A stretch of DNA of 64,000 nucleotides from positions 21,515-85,514 of the IMG/VR virus record IMGVR_UViG_3300044729_002487, one strand, 5' to 3'. Position 1 is the first letter of the stretch; each line of letters starts with the position of its first letter. This DNA comes from a virus. Positions 1 through 8,687 of this stretch are shown here, piece by piece. A program made the translations under genes and the position numbers. A model generated the notes under the pieces. The model did no database searches. It saw only the letters and a list, made by a program, of their open reading frames with translations, and had not been told where the DNA came from.

Positions 1-51
1 GATGATACCGTCGTTGGTACCGGTATTGCAAGTGCATTTCCTGCTCGATAA
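1..51 (+). CDS. 3' end of an upstream gene (partial)
   Basis: Open frame DDTVVGTGIASAFPAR ends at TAA 49-51, 12 nt before the next ATG. Confidence 0.45.
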   Translation, partial: DDTVVGTGIASAFPAR

Positions 52-63
52 ATATAAAATATT

Positions 64-780
64 ATGGCAAATATACGATTAACATCTGGTGAACGATATA
101 CGTTTGGGGTATTAAATAATGTAGCAGTGATAGCGAATTCAACGGATCATGCGGAAGCACAATATAATATTGCAAATATAGTAAAAATTCAGCCAGGATA
201 TCTTTGGGTATCTGCATCATCCGGTACAAATAACCAAGTAGCGTCTCCGCAAGTACGTCTGCAAAATGGAACATATGCAACTAGTTTTTATATGGCACAT
301 AACAAAACAACTCTAACAACAGTAACTACACCAGGTTTACGTACATTAGGTAATTTTGGAGGTTGTTTTGGATTTTTACCAGGAGCATCACCTTCGGAAC
401 CATATATGGTCATGTCAAGTTCTGCTAATTTTAATAATAGACGCGTACTCATTTCAGCTGGCTTGCATACGGCATATCGACAAAGTGGTGGTACGTTTAC
501 AGTTGATGAAACCGATCATTTTATTGAACATACAGCTGCAACTAATCAAACAGTTACATTACCATCTGCAGTTGCAAAAGAAGCTGGTAGACAATTATTG
601 ATTACAAAATTAAATTCCGGCGGAACATTAACCGTATCAGCTAGTGGTACCGATCGTATCGTACGAGCCGGTGCTGCGACACCAGGACGCCGGACTACAC
701 AACAATATGCATTTGCTCAATATTTTTGTAATGGCGAAGGTGAATGGTATGCAGCGGAACAAGGTACTTGGGCAGGGTAA
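64..780 (+). CDS. Virion/tail-fibre-like protein
   Basis: Beta-rich Thr/Ser/Gly sequence. The C-terminal 'TVTLPSA...GRQLLITK...TLTVSASGTDRI...GEWY' module is typical of phage fibre C-termini. Confidence 0.55.
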   Translation: MANIRLTSGERYTFGVLNNVAVIANSTDHAEAQYNIANIVKIQPGYLWVSASSGTNNQVASPQVRLQNGTYATSFYMAHNKTTLTTVTTPGLRTLGNFGGCFGFLPGASPSEPYMVMSSSANFNNRRVLISAGLHTAYRQSGGTFTVDETDHFIEHTAATNQTVTLPSAVAKEAGRQLLITKLNSGGTLTVSASGTDRIVRAGAATPGRRTTQQYAFAQYFCNGEGEWYAAEQGTWAG

Positions 781-796
781 CATATTTATTAAAAAA

Positions 797-828
797 TTTG
801 GTAATTTGAAAAATTATTCTTACCTTTA
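797..828 (+). promoter_or_regulatory. Bacteroidota-type sigma70 promoter (TTTG-N20-TACCTTTA)
   Basis: TTTG 797-800, 20-nt spacer, TACCTTTA 821-828. Matches the -33 TTTG / -7 TAnnTTTG consensus, and the same spacing recurs at 8 other sites. Confidence 0.7.
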
Positions 829-846
829 TATAAAGAGATTAAAATT

Positions 847-3666
847 ATGAGTTTAGCTGAATGGATGGTGGAAAGTATATTAAATGAAAGCGATATCAAG
901 CAAGTCATTGTGATATACCCCGGCCGTTTTCAACCGATGGGACGACACCATGCTGCCGTGTACAAAAAATTAGCATCGCAATTTGGTAAATCAAATACAT
1001 ATATTGCAACATCTGATGTAGTTAATCCACCTAAGTCTCCTTTGAATTTCCAAGAAAAAGCTCAGGTAATGAAGGCTCATGGAATAACAAATGTCGTTCA
1101 AGTTAAGAATCCATATCAGTCATTGGAAATAGTTGAAAAATATGACCCGGCGACTACGGCAGTATTATTTGCGGTCGGTAAAAAAGATATGGCGGAAGAT
1201 CCTCGATTCCGAGTAGGCGCAAAAAAGAATGGAGAGCCATCTTACTTTCAATATTATGATGAAAACAAAGACAATTTACAACCATATGGTAAGCATGGTT
1301 ATCTAATAGTTGCACCACATGTGGATATTCAGATTCCTGGTTTTGGTGAAATGTCTGGAACAACTCTGCGTCAGGTATTAGCTTCTGCAGATGAAAAAAC
1401 ATTTAAAGATGTGATGGGATTCTATGATCCAAAAATACATGACATGCTTAAAAAAAAGTTTGAATCTTTAAAGTCTGAAACGGTTGTACAAACCAATACA
1501 GCAAACGAAACCGTTGTATTTAGTAAGAATTGGTGGTCAAAATTGATTGTAGAAGGACGTTACGATAGTTTAGTTACTACATTATCGCGAGACATTGTCA
1601 CTCAAATGAAAAGCCGTAAAGGTACTCGTAATTATGAAGTTTCATTTGATGTTGATAGAGGTGATAATACTGCCGAAATTGATTTGGTTGTCAAATTTAA
1701 ACCACGCCGCAATTGGGAATTTGCATATGAAACCAAAGGATGGACGGATGGTGAAATGATGGAAATAACATTAACGTTTAATCCAGCTGCTTTTCCAACA
1801 TCATATAGTAATCTTATTCCAGAATTAAAAGAAACATTACGGCATGAAGTTGAACATGTGGCTCAAATGCATTTTCAAGATATGAAAATGATCGAACCAA
1901 AAACAAAAGCCTTTTATCAGTATTTGTTAGCTCCTCATGAGGTAGCAGCATTTACTCAAGGTTTATATAAAAGAGCAAAAACTAAACGCGTTCCAATTGA
2001 CATTGCAATGGAAGAATGGTTTGATGAAAATGTACGAAATTTCTCACCATCGCAAAAATATAATCATTGGAACATTGTGAAATCGGCTTGGTTGGAGTAT
2101 GCTCATAAACATATACCAACTGCGCAATATAGCGACGAATTAACCGAAGGTATTGTTTCGGATACCGTAAAAAAATATAGTGCCAAGTTATCTGATAAAT
2201 ACAAAGACTTTGTTAAGCGATTGAAAATTGAAGGTAACGAAACAAAAGAAGCGTATCATAAAATCGTAGATGCAGTTGTTAACGGAAAGGAATTATCAAA
2301 AGAAGAGCGAAAAGAAGTTGGAGAACAACTCAAAGACGTTCTTAAATTGATAGGATTTACTGCGGCATCTATACTACCAGGCGGTATCATTTACTTGTTG
2401 TTAACGCGAGTAACTAAATTGAAACGGCATTTAGTACCATCCGCATTTTTAGAAAACCAAAACCCAGATAATATGATTAAATTAAAACCTTTGTTAGTTA
2501 AAGAAGCAAAAGCAAATACACATTTAACGCATTTAGAAGAATTGATTTTAACTCAAGGCCGCGACGGTTATGATTTAGCTCGGTCATTCTTATTAGAACT
2601 GATTAAAAATCTTAAAGGTAATTCCAATAACAAAGTTAATACCACTATCAAATGGGACGGAGCACCTGCAATCATATCAGGCGTTGATCCAGCTTCTGGC
2701 AGATTCTTTGTAGGTACAAAGTCTGTGTTTAATAAAGAACCTAAACTTAACTTTACAAATGAAGACATTGATCGTAATCATGGCGAAGCACCAGGATTAG
2801 TTGATAAATTGAAAAGAGCTTTAGCATACTTACCTAAATTAGGTTATAAAAATATTATGCAAGGCGATTTCATGTTTGACGATTCCACATTGAAAACTCA
2901 GACAATTGACGGTGTTAAACATTATACATTTAAACCAAATACAATTACATATGCAGTAGAAGCTGATTCGGATTTAGGACGTCGTATTTCTAAAGCAAAG
3001 TTTGGTATTGTATTTCATACCGGTTATAAGAACTTACAATCCGGAGCAGAATTTGGAGTTAGTGTATCAAATATAAGACAAAATCCGGATGTTTGGTTTG
3101 ATGATGCATTCTTTAAAGATACTACCGGTACGGTATTGTTAACTGATAATGAAGCCAAAGAGGTTGCTCGATTAATTAAAGAAGCAGATTCATTGAAAGT
3201 CGATTATCGCTCAATTCCATCAGAACTATTGAATACATATATTAATAGCGAAATACGAATTGGTCAGTTTTTAGATTCACCTGATAAATCATATGATGCA
3301 TTTTTAAAATGGTTACAACTTCGTAATGACAAAAACATTGATAAATTGAAATCATTGGCTGGTAAAGAAAAAGCATTAAATGCAGCTAAAGAACAAATGA
3401 AATCGGTCACTGATAACAAACAAAACATTGTGAATGCATTTAAGGTATCAAAATTGTTAGCAGAAGCTAAGATGATATTTGTGCAAAAATATAACAATGC
3501 TGTTTACAATACAAAACATTTTGTTGACGATGGCCAAGGAGGTTTACGAGTTTCAAATCCAGAAGGATATGTAGCAGTAGATCATATCGGTAACGGTATT
3601 AAATTAGTAGACCGATTAGAATTCTCTAGAGCCAATTTTGCCATGGACAAAGGCTTTACTAAGTAG
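847..3666 (+). CDS. Multidomain protein: HxGH-type nucleotidyltransferase-like + HExxH domain + LETM1-like segment + DUF6267/RNA-ligase-like domain
   Basis: Motifs: YPGRFQPMGRHH and MSGTTLR; LRHEVEH; EERKEVGEQLKDVLK...ILPGG; HLTHLEE, KWDGAPA, EGYV and KLVDR. Confidence 0.65.
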   Translation: MSLAEWMVESILNESDIKQVIVIYPGRFQPMGRHHAAVYKKLASQFGKSNTYIATSDVVNPPKSPLNFQEKAQVMKAHGITNVVQVKNPYQSLEIVEKYDPATTAVLFAVGKKDMAEDPRFRVGAKKNGEPSYFQYYDENKDNLQPYGKHGYLIVAPHVDIQIPGFGEMSGTTLRQVLASADEKTFKDVMGFYDPKIHDMLKKKFESLKSETVVQTNTANETVVFSKNWWSKLIVEGRYDSLVTTLSRDIVTQMKSRKGTRNYEVSFDVDRGDNTAEIDLVVKFKPRRNWEFAYETKGWTDGEMMEITLTFNPAAFPTSYSNLIPELKETLRHEVEHVAQMHFQDMKMIEPKTKAFYQYLLAPHEVAAFTQGLYKRAKTKRVPIDIAMEEWFDENVRNFSPSQKYNHWNIVKSAWLEYAHKHIPTAQYSDELTEGIVSDTVKKYSAKLSDKYKDFVKRLKIEGNETKEAYHKIVDAVVNGKELSKEERKEVGEQLKDVLKLIGFTAASILPGGIIYLLLTRVTKLKRHLVPSAFLENQNPDNMIKLKPLLVKEAKANTHLTHLEELILTQGRDGYDLARSFLLELIKNLKGNSNNKVNTTIKWDGAPAIISGVDPASGRFFVGTKSVFNKEPKLNFTNEDIDRNHGEAPGLVDKLKRALAYLPKLGYKNIMQGDFMFDDSTLKTQTIDGVKHYTFKPNTITYAVEADSDLGRRISKAKFGIVFHTGYKNLQSGAEFGVSVSNIRQNPDVWFDDAFFKDTTGTVLLTDNEAKEVARLIKEADSLKVDYRSIPSELLNTYINSEIRIGQFLDSPDKSYDAFLKWLQLRNDKNIDKLKSLAGKEKALNAAKEQMKSVTDNKQNIVNAFKVSKLLAEAKMIFVQKYNNAVYNTKHFVDDGQGGLRVSNPEGYVAVDHIGNGIKLVDRLEFSRANFAMDKGFTK

Positions 3667-3701
3667 GTTCGTCTATATTTATATTTAAAATAAGGAATGC
3701 T

Positions 3702-4322
3702 ATGAAAGAAACTGAATTACGTCGTATAATTCGTGAACATATTAAACGTTTATTGGAAGGTCCTTCATTAGGAGCTGGTTCATCTGAATTAGAGCGAGGA
3801 TTAGGTAAAATTGAAAAACGTGCATCTAATTTGACACCACGTCAAAGAGTGGCAGCTGTTTTACCGGTATTACAAAAATTCGGTATTCAGTCAAGCGATC
3901 TTTCATTGATTAAAATTGAATTGGCAAAAGCTGCAAAACAAGCTACGGTACAAGATGCATCCGCTGATAAAGCTGCCGATGATGCCGCGGCTAAAGCAAA
4001 AGCCGATGCAGAAGCAAAAGCTGATACAGAAACACCTGAAGAAGAGCCAACTAAAAAAGAAGAGCAATATACAGCAGGCGTTGATGATAATTATGCCGGC
4101 AAGGCGTTTAAACGTCCAAAGGCAATGCAAGAAAATTTAACATCATTATATTCAAAAGCGGAAAAGGTTGATAAAACACAAGCTTTCCAGATGTTACAAA
4201 GAGCAGTAGCTCAAAAACCTTCAACTATGCAAGCAGATTTTGTTGTGGATTTAATTAATAAATTCAATTTAGATGATTCTGCAAAACGTAGATTAAAAAT
4301 GATAATTAGAAACATGGCATAA
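3702..4322 (+). CDS. Hypothetical protein, putative internal head protein
   Basis: SD AAGGA. Leader MKETELRRIIREHIKRLLE is shared with the ORF at 31217. Ala/Asp-rich linker. Confidence 0.6.
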   Translation: MKETELRRIIREHIKRLLEGPSLGAGSSELERGLGKIEKRASNLTPRQRVAAVLPVLQKFGIQSSDLSLIKIELAKAAKQATVQDASADKAADDAAAKAKADAEAKADTETPEEEPTKKEEQYTAGVDDNYAGKAFKRPKAMQENLTSLYSKAEKVDKTQAFQMLQRAVAQKPSTMQADFVVDLINKFNLDDSAKRRLKMIIRNMA

Positions 4323-4954
4323 TGTCAAACAAGTTACACAATATTAAAGCGGTTGAAAAAATGCTCCATGGCGAGCATAAGTCACAGACTAAAACAACCC
4401 ATGGTTTCAATCAGACATCAAAATCGGTAAAACGTAACATTGGTGATACGTGGATTGAATCAGATCCTAAGACCGGTACAGTTTGGATGTATGAACAACG
4501 TGATGGTTTCCGTACAAAGAAACCTGCTAATAGCGCATCCGACATGATCAAAAAAATTCTTACTGCACCTGACACATGTCCTTGTTGTGAGAAATCAATG
4601 AAAGGTGTTTCCGAACAACGATTAAATCTTAAAATGTACTTTATACATAAAAAGTGTTTTGATTGTGTTGTAAAAGAAGAATCATTGATTAGAGCTAAAG
4701 GCAAAGAAGCATGGACTGAATATTCTCGACAAAGAATGATGGCAAATGCAGAGTCATGGTTTAGTGATGCAGATCAAGAGGTAATGGCATTACGAGAAGC
4801 AATTAAAATGCAATACGTACAAAATGCTGATGGTAACATAGAAGAATGGGATATGACCGCTTTTTTAGAAAAATTTGATGCGGACTATGAACAATTAAAA
4901 AAACAAATATTTGAAAATCTAAAGGGTAAAGATGGCAAAGAATCGATCGCTTAA
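4322..4954 (+). CDS. Hypothetical Cys-containing (zinc-binding-like) protein
   Basis: CPCC...CFDC motif; start overlaps the upstream stop. Confidence 0.6.
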   Translation: MSNKLHNIKAVEKMLHGEHKSQTKTTHGFNQTSKSVKRNIGDTWIESDPKTGTVWMYEQRDGFRTKKPANSASDMIKKILTAPDTCPCCEKSMKGVSEQRLNLKMYFIHKKCFDCVVKEESLIRAKGKEAWTEYSRQRMMANAESWFSDADQEVMALREAIKMQYVQNADGNIEEWDMTAFLEKFDADYEQLKKQIFENLKGKDGKESIA

Positions 4955-6335
4955 TAAAATTGGAAAAGAGTTCGACGAGTTAGTAGCAGATATGAAAAAG
5001 ACTGCTGCTGATTGGGCTAAAGCTTCTGGCGCAAAGAAACAGACTCTGTTAATGAAAATGAAACAGATGACGAAAGAGAAAAAAGAGCTTCAAGCTGAAA
5101 TGGAACGCGCTGTTATGGACGTCGATAAAGATGCTACATTGCAAGTAGATGAAAGATATGTTAAAATTGCTATGAAAAGTGCTATTGGTCGATTAGTCGA
5201 AGAACAATTAAAAACTATCATTCCTAATAGAACTGCGCGTCGTTCTTTAAAAAGATTAACCGAATCTGCAAATTTATTAGAATCGAGGTCTCAATCAATA
5301 TCTAGGTCATTAAGAAAAGGAATGTCTGAATCTACATGGAATAATGTACAAAATACATGTAGATCAGTATTAGGTATTACTGAAGCCGGTATGTCTGATG
5401 ATGCATTAGCAAAAGTAATTGCTCAAGTAGCGAAAGAAGCATCCGGCGGAAAAGTTGCTGTTGATCCGAATAAAATTAATATTGATGCATTAGAAAATCC
5501 TGAATCAATTGATTCGAGAGAAGATTTTATTGAAGAAAATTTACTTACTGAAGGCGATCCTGTAACAACTGCTTTATTAGCTGCTCCTACTATAATTAAA
5601 TTTTTAGGAGGAATTATTGATTGGGTTGGAGGTCTTGCAATGGGTAATGAAGAGTCTCGAGCTGTTAATCGTATTATCGGTCGAATGCATGCATATGCAA
5701 AGAAAAATAATCAGATTCCTGCTAAACAAGATATGGTGAAAGAATTAGGCGGTGTTGGAAAAGGTATAATGTCAGGGGTATCATTTAAAGATGATGCAAA
5801 ATATATTGATCAAGCATATGAAAGAGTTGCTGAATTCGTAGAAAAGGCAAATGCAGCCGGTGCAGGAAAACCAGGTCACCATAATTCAGAATTTTCAGCA
5901 GAAGGCGCCGGATCACAGCCGGTTGATGAACATATGTTACATATGTTACATGATGCATCGGCTAATACAAAAGTAGGTAAGTTTCTAGGTAATTTAGCTC
6001 ATAAATTACATGAAATATATTTAGTACCATTGCAAGTTGTAATAACCGGTGTTATTTTTCTTGTAATGCCATCAAAAATAATGCAAGCCAAAAAAGTTTG
6101 GGCTCAAGCAAAAAAGATTGCTGAATTTATATATGCGTTTGTTATGTTATTTGTGGCAGTTAAAGGAGGTATAGGAGCATTCCAGCATATCGCAGAATTA
6201 ATGCCACAACTTCAATCAGCGTTAGATGCTACAGGTCATGCTGGTACGATATTTACAGCAGTAGCTGATTCGGCAAAAGCAGGTGATATGTCAGTCGAAG
6301 TTCTAAAAGGTATTTTATCATTAGCTGGTAAATAA
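4932..6335 (+). CDS. Hypothetical protein with coiled-coil N-terminus and hydrophobic C-terminal helices
   Basis: 467-aa ORF with several LxE sites (RLTE, LLE, ITE, LLTE) and hydrophobic segments near the C-terminus. Confidence 0.6.
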   Translation: MAKNRSLNKIGKEFDELVADMKKTAADWAKASGAKKQTLLMKMKQMTKEKKELQAEMERAVMDVDKDATLQVDERYVKIAMKSAIGRLVEEQLKTIIPNRTARRSLKRLTESANLLESRSQSISRSLRKGMSESTWNNVQNTCRSVLGITEAGMSDDALAKVIAQVAKEASGGKVAVDPNKINIDALENPESIDSREDFIEENLLTEGDPVTTALLAAPTIIKFLGGIIDWVGGLAMGNEESRAVNRIIGRMHAYAKKNNQIPAKQDMVKELGGVGKGIMSGVSFKDDAKYIDQAYERVAEFVEKANAAGAGKPGHHNSEFSAEGAGSQPVDEHMLHMLHDASANTKVGKFLGNLAHKLHEIYLVPLQVVITGVIFLVMPSKIMQAKKVWAQAKKIAEFIYAFVMLFVAVKGGIGAFQHIAELMPQLQSALDATGHAGTIFTAVADSAKAGDMSVEVLKGILSLAGK

Positions 6336-6338
6336 TTT

Positions 6339-6689
6339 ATGAAAAATAAAACAACGGTTATATTATCATTAGTTATTGCTGTGTTAGTTTGTGTAATCAT
6401 TATCATGTACACAACTAAACCATCTTATACAGATGCTAATGCAAAAGCTCAATATCAACATACTATTGATAGTTTGGATAATGTAATTTTGAACTACAAA
6501 CGCGATCAACTTGAATTGGATAAAAAAATTGCCGGATATGAATTAGATATCCGGCGATTGGATTTTCAAATTGATTCAGCGGAAAACAAAATAATTGAAG
6601 TAAGAAACTATTATGCTGAACGAATTAAAAATGTTGGTCGTTTTTCTACTGCTGAGCTTGACGACTTTTTCTCAAAACGGTACAAATAA
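6339..6689 (+). CDS. Membrane-anchored coiled-coil protein (i-spanin-like)
   Basis: N-terminal TM (VILSLVIAVLVCVIIIM) followed by a heptad coiled coil; overlaps the next gene. Confidence 0.45.
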   Translation: MKNKTTVILSLVIAVLVCVIIIMYTTKPSYTDANAKAQYQHTIDSLDNVILNYKRDQLELDKKIAGYELDIRRLDFQIDSAENKIIEVRNYYAERIKNVGRFSTAELDDFFSKRYK

Positions 6690-7050
6690 CGAACCTCAAG
6701 TTTGTATGCCATTAACAAAGGCACGCCAAGTAGCACAAGATCTATTACGTTTAGATTCATTACAAGCTGAACATAACAAAACATTGTTTGTGTTAGAACG
6801 TACGAATTCTAAAATAGAAATCAAAGATAGTATTATAAATGCCAATACAGAAAAGATTGATAAATATCTTAAAGAAATTGGTACACATGAAGAGAAGTTT
6901 AAAACATCGTCAGAACGAATTACAAAGTTAGAAACAGAGGTTACTGACTTGCAGACAAAAAATACTCGATTACGTGGATGGATACAAGGCTTAGGCGGCG
7001 GTTTAATTGCAACTCTTACTACATTAATATCTGTAATTGCTATAAAGTAA
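6613..7050 (+). CDS. Signal-peptide, coiled-coil, C-terminal TM protein (spanin partner-like)
   Basis: Signal-like LVVFLLLSLTTFSQ, coiled coil and C-terminal hydrophobic tail; 77-bp overlap with the upstream gene. Confidence 0.4.
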   Translation: MLNELKMLVVFLLLSLTTFSQNGTNNEPQVCMPLTKARQVAQDLLRLDSLQAEHNKTLFVLERTNSKIEIKDSIINANTEKIDKYLKEIGTHEEKFKTSSERITKLETEVTDLQTKNTRLRGWIQGLGGGLIATLTTLISVIAIK

Positions 7051-7051
7051 A

Positions 7052-7083
7052 TTTGGTACTTTAAAAAAGTTTTATTATATTTA
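7052..7083 (+). promoter_or_regulatory. Bacteroidota-type promoter TTTG-N20-TATATTTA
   Basis: TTTG 7052-7055, TATATTTA 7076-7083; only 6 nt before the terminase ATG. Confidence 0.7.
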
Positions 7084-7089
7084 TAGTAT

Positions 7090-8661
7090 ATGACGCAGAA
7101 ATCATTAAAAGAAATTATTAAAGACGAGTACAAAAAATGTGCGATGGACCCCGTGCATTTTATGAAAAAATACTGCGTTATCCAACATCCAACAAAAGGA
7201 AAAATGTTCTTTCATTTATATCCTTTTCAGGAAGAAGTACTTACTTCATTGCAACATAATCGTTATAGTGTAATTCTTAAATCACGGCAGTTAGGTATTT
7301 CCACTTTAACTGCAGGATTTTCATTATGGGCAATGTTATTTCGTTCAGATTATAACGTATTAGTCATTGCTACAAAACAAGAAGTAGCAAAAAACTTAGT
7401 TACCAAAGTACGTGTAATGCATGATAATTTACCTTCATGGTTAAAAGGAAAATCAGTCGAAGATAATAAATTGTCATTACGATTTAAAAATGGGTCTCAA
7501 ATCAAAGCTGTATCATCAAAAGGAGATGCAGGTCGTTCTGAAGCATTATCATTACTAGTAATAGATGAGGCGGCATTTATCGATCGAATCGATGAAATAT
7601 GGACTGCAGCTCAACAAACATTAGCAACTGGTGGTGGTGCAATCATGTTATCAACACCTAACGGTACTGGTAATTTATTTCATAAAACATGGGTTGATGC
7701 AGAAGCGGGAGGCCAATTTCATCCAATTAAATTGCATTGGTCAGTACATCCTGAACGAGATCAGGCATGGCGTGATATGCAAACAGAATTGTTAGGTGAA
7801 AAAGCAGCTGCGCAAGAATGTGATTGCGACTTCATATCATCCGGACATACAGTAGTTGATGGTCCTATCATTCAATGGTATGAGCAAACATATGTCGAAG
7901 ATCCTAAAGAGAAACGTGGATTTGATGGTAACTATTGGATATGGGATTATCCAAATTACAATAAAGCATATGCAGTTGTAGCTGACGTTGCTCGAGGCGA
8001 TGGTGCTGACTATTCAGCGTTCCATGTCATTGATATTGAATCTATGACTCAGGTAGCAGAATATCGAGGTAAAATAGGAACTACGGAATACGGTAACATG
8101 TTAGTATCTGTCGCAACTGATTATAATAATGCATTGCTAGTAATTGAAAATGCTAATATTGGTTGGGCTGTAATACAAGTTGCAATTGACCGTGGATATC
8201 CAAATTTATATTATTCATACCGCGATGATGCATATGTAGATGAAAATATACATTTATCAAAAGGATATGACCTCAAAGGCAAGGCACAAAAAGTTCCAGG
8301 ATTTTCAACTACATCAAAATCACGTCCTTTGATAATTTCAAAGATAGAAACATATTTCCGAGAAAAAGCTCCAATCGTCCGTAGTAAACGGTTGACAGAT
8401 GAATTATATGTATTCATTTGGAATGGTTCAAGAGCAGAAGCTCAAAGAGGTTATAATGATGACTTGATAATGTCATTCGGTATCGCTTTATGGGTACGCG
8501 ATACGGCGTTACGTTTACATCAACAAGGAATAGATTTAACCAAAAAAACATTAGGCCATTTAGGTAAATCACAAGGAGTATACTCAGCAAATAAAAATAG
8601 TAACGGTTCTTGGGACTGGAAAGCTGGAGCCGACTCAGATGACTTGAAATGGTTACTTTAA
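7090..8661 (+). CDS. terL: Terminase large subunit (T4 gp17-like)
   Basis: LYPFQ, KSRQLGIS Walker A region, LLVIDEAAF Walker B, STPNG, nuclease DVARGDGADYS and NDDLIMS. Confidence 0.96.
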   Translation: MTQKSLKEIIKDEYKKCAMDPVHFMKKYCVIQHPTKGKMFFHLYPFQEEVLTSLQHNRYSVILKSRQLGISTLTAGFSLWAMLFRSDYNVLVIATKQEVAKNLVTKVRVMHDNLPSWLKGKSVEDNKLSLRFKNGSQIKAVSSKGDAGRSEALSLLVIDEAAFIDRIDEIWTAAQQTLATGGGAIMLSTPNGTGNLFHKTWVDAEAGGQFHPIKLHWSVHPERDQAWRDMQTELLGEKAAAQECDCDFISSGHTVVDGPIIQWYEQTYVEDPKEKRGFDGNYWIWDYPNYNKAYAVVADVARGDGADYSAFHVIDIESMTQVAEYRGKIGTTEYGNMLVSVATDYNNALLVIENANIGWAVIQVAIDRGYPNLYYSYRDDAYVDENIHLSKGYDLKGKAQKVPGFSTTSKSRPLIISKIETYFREKAPIVRSKRLTDELYVFIWNGSRAEAQRGYNDDLIMSFGIALWVRDTALRLHQQGIDLTKKTLGHLGKSQGVYSANKNSNGSWDWKAGADSDDLKWLL

Positions 8662-8687
8662 CATATTTATTATAAACGGAAAAACGC

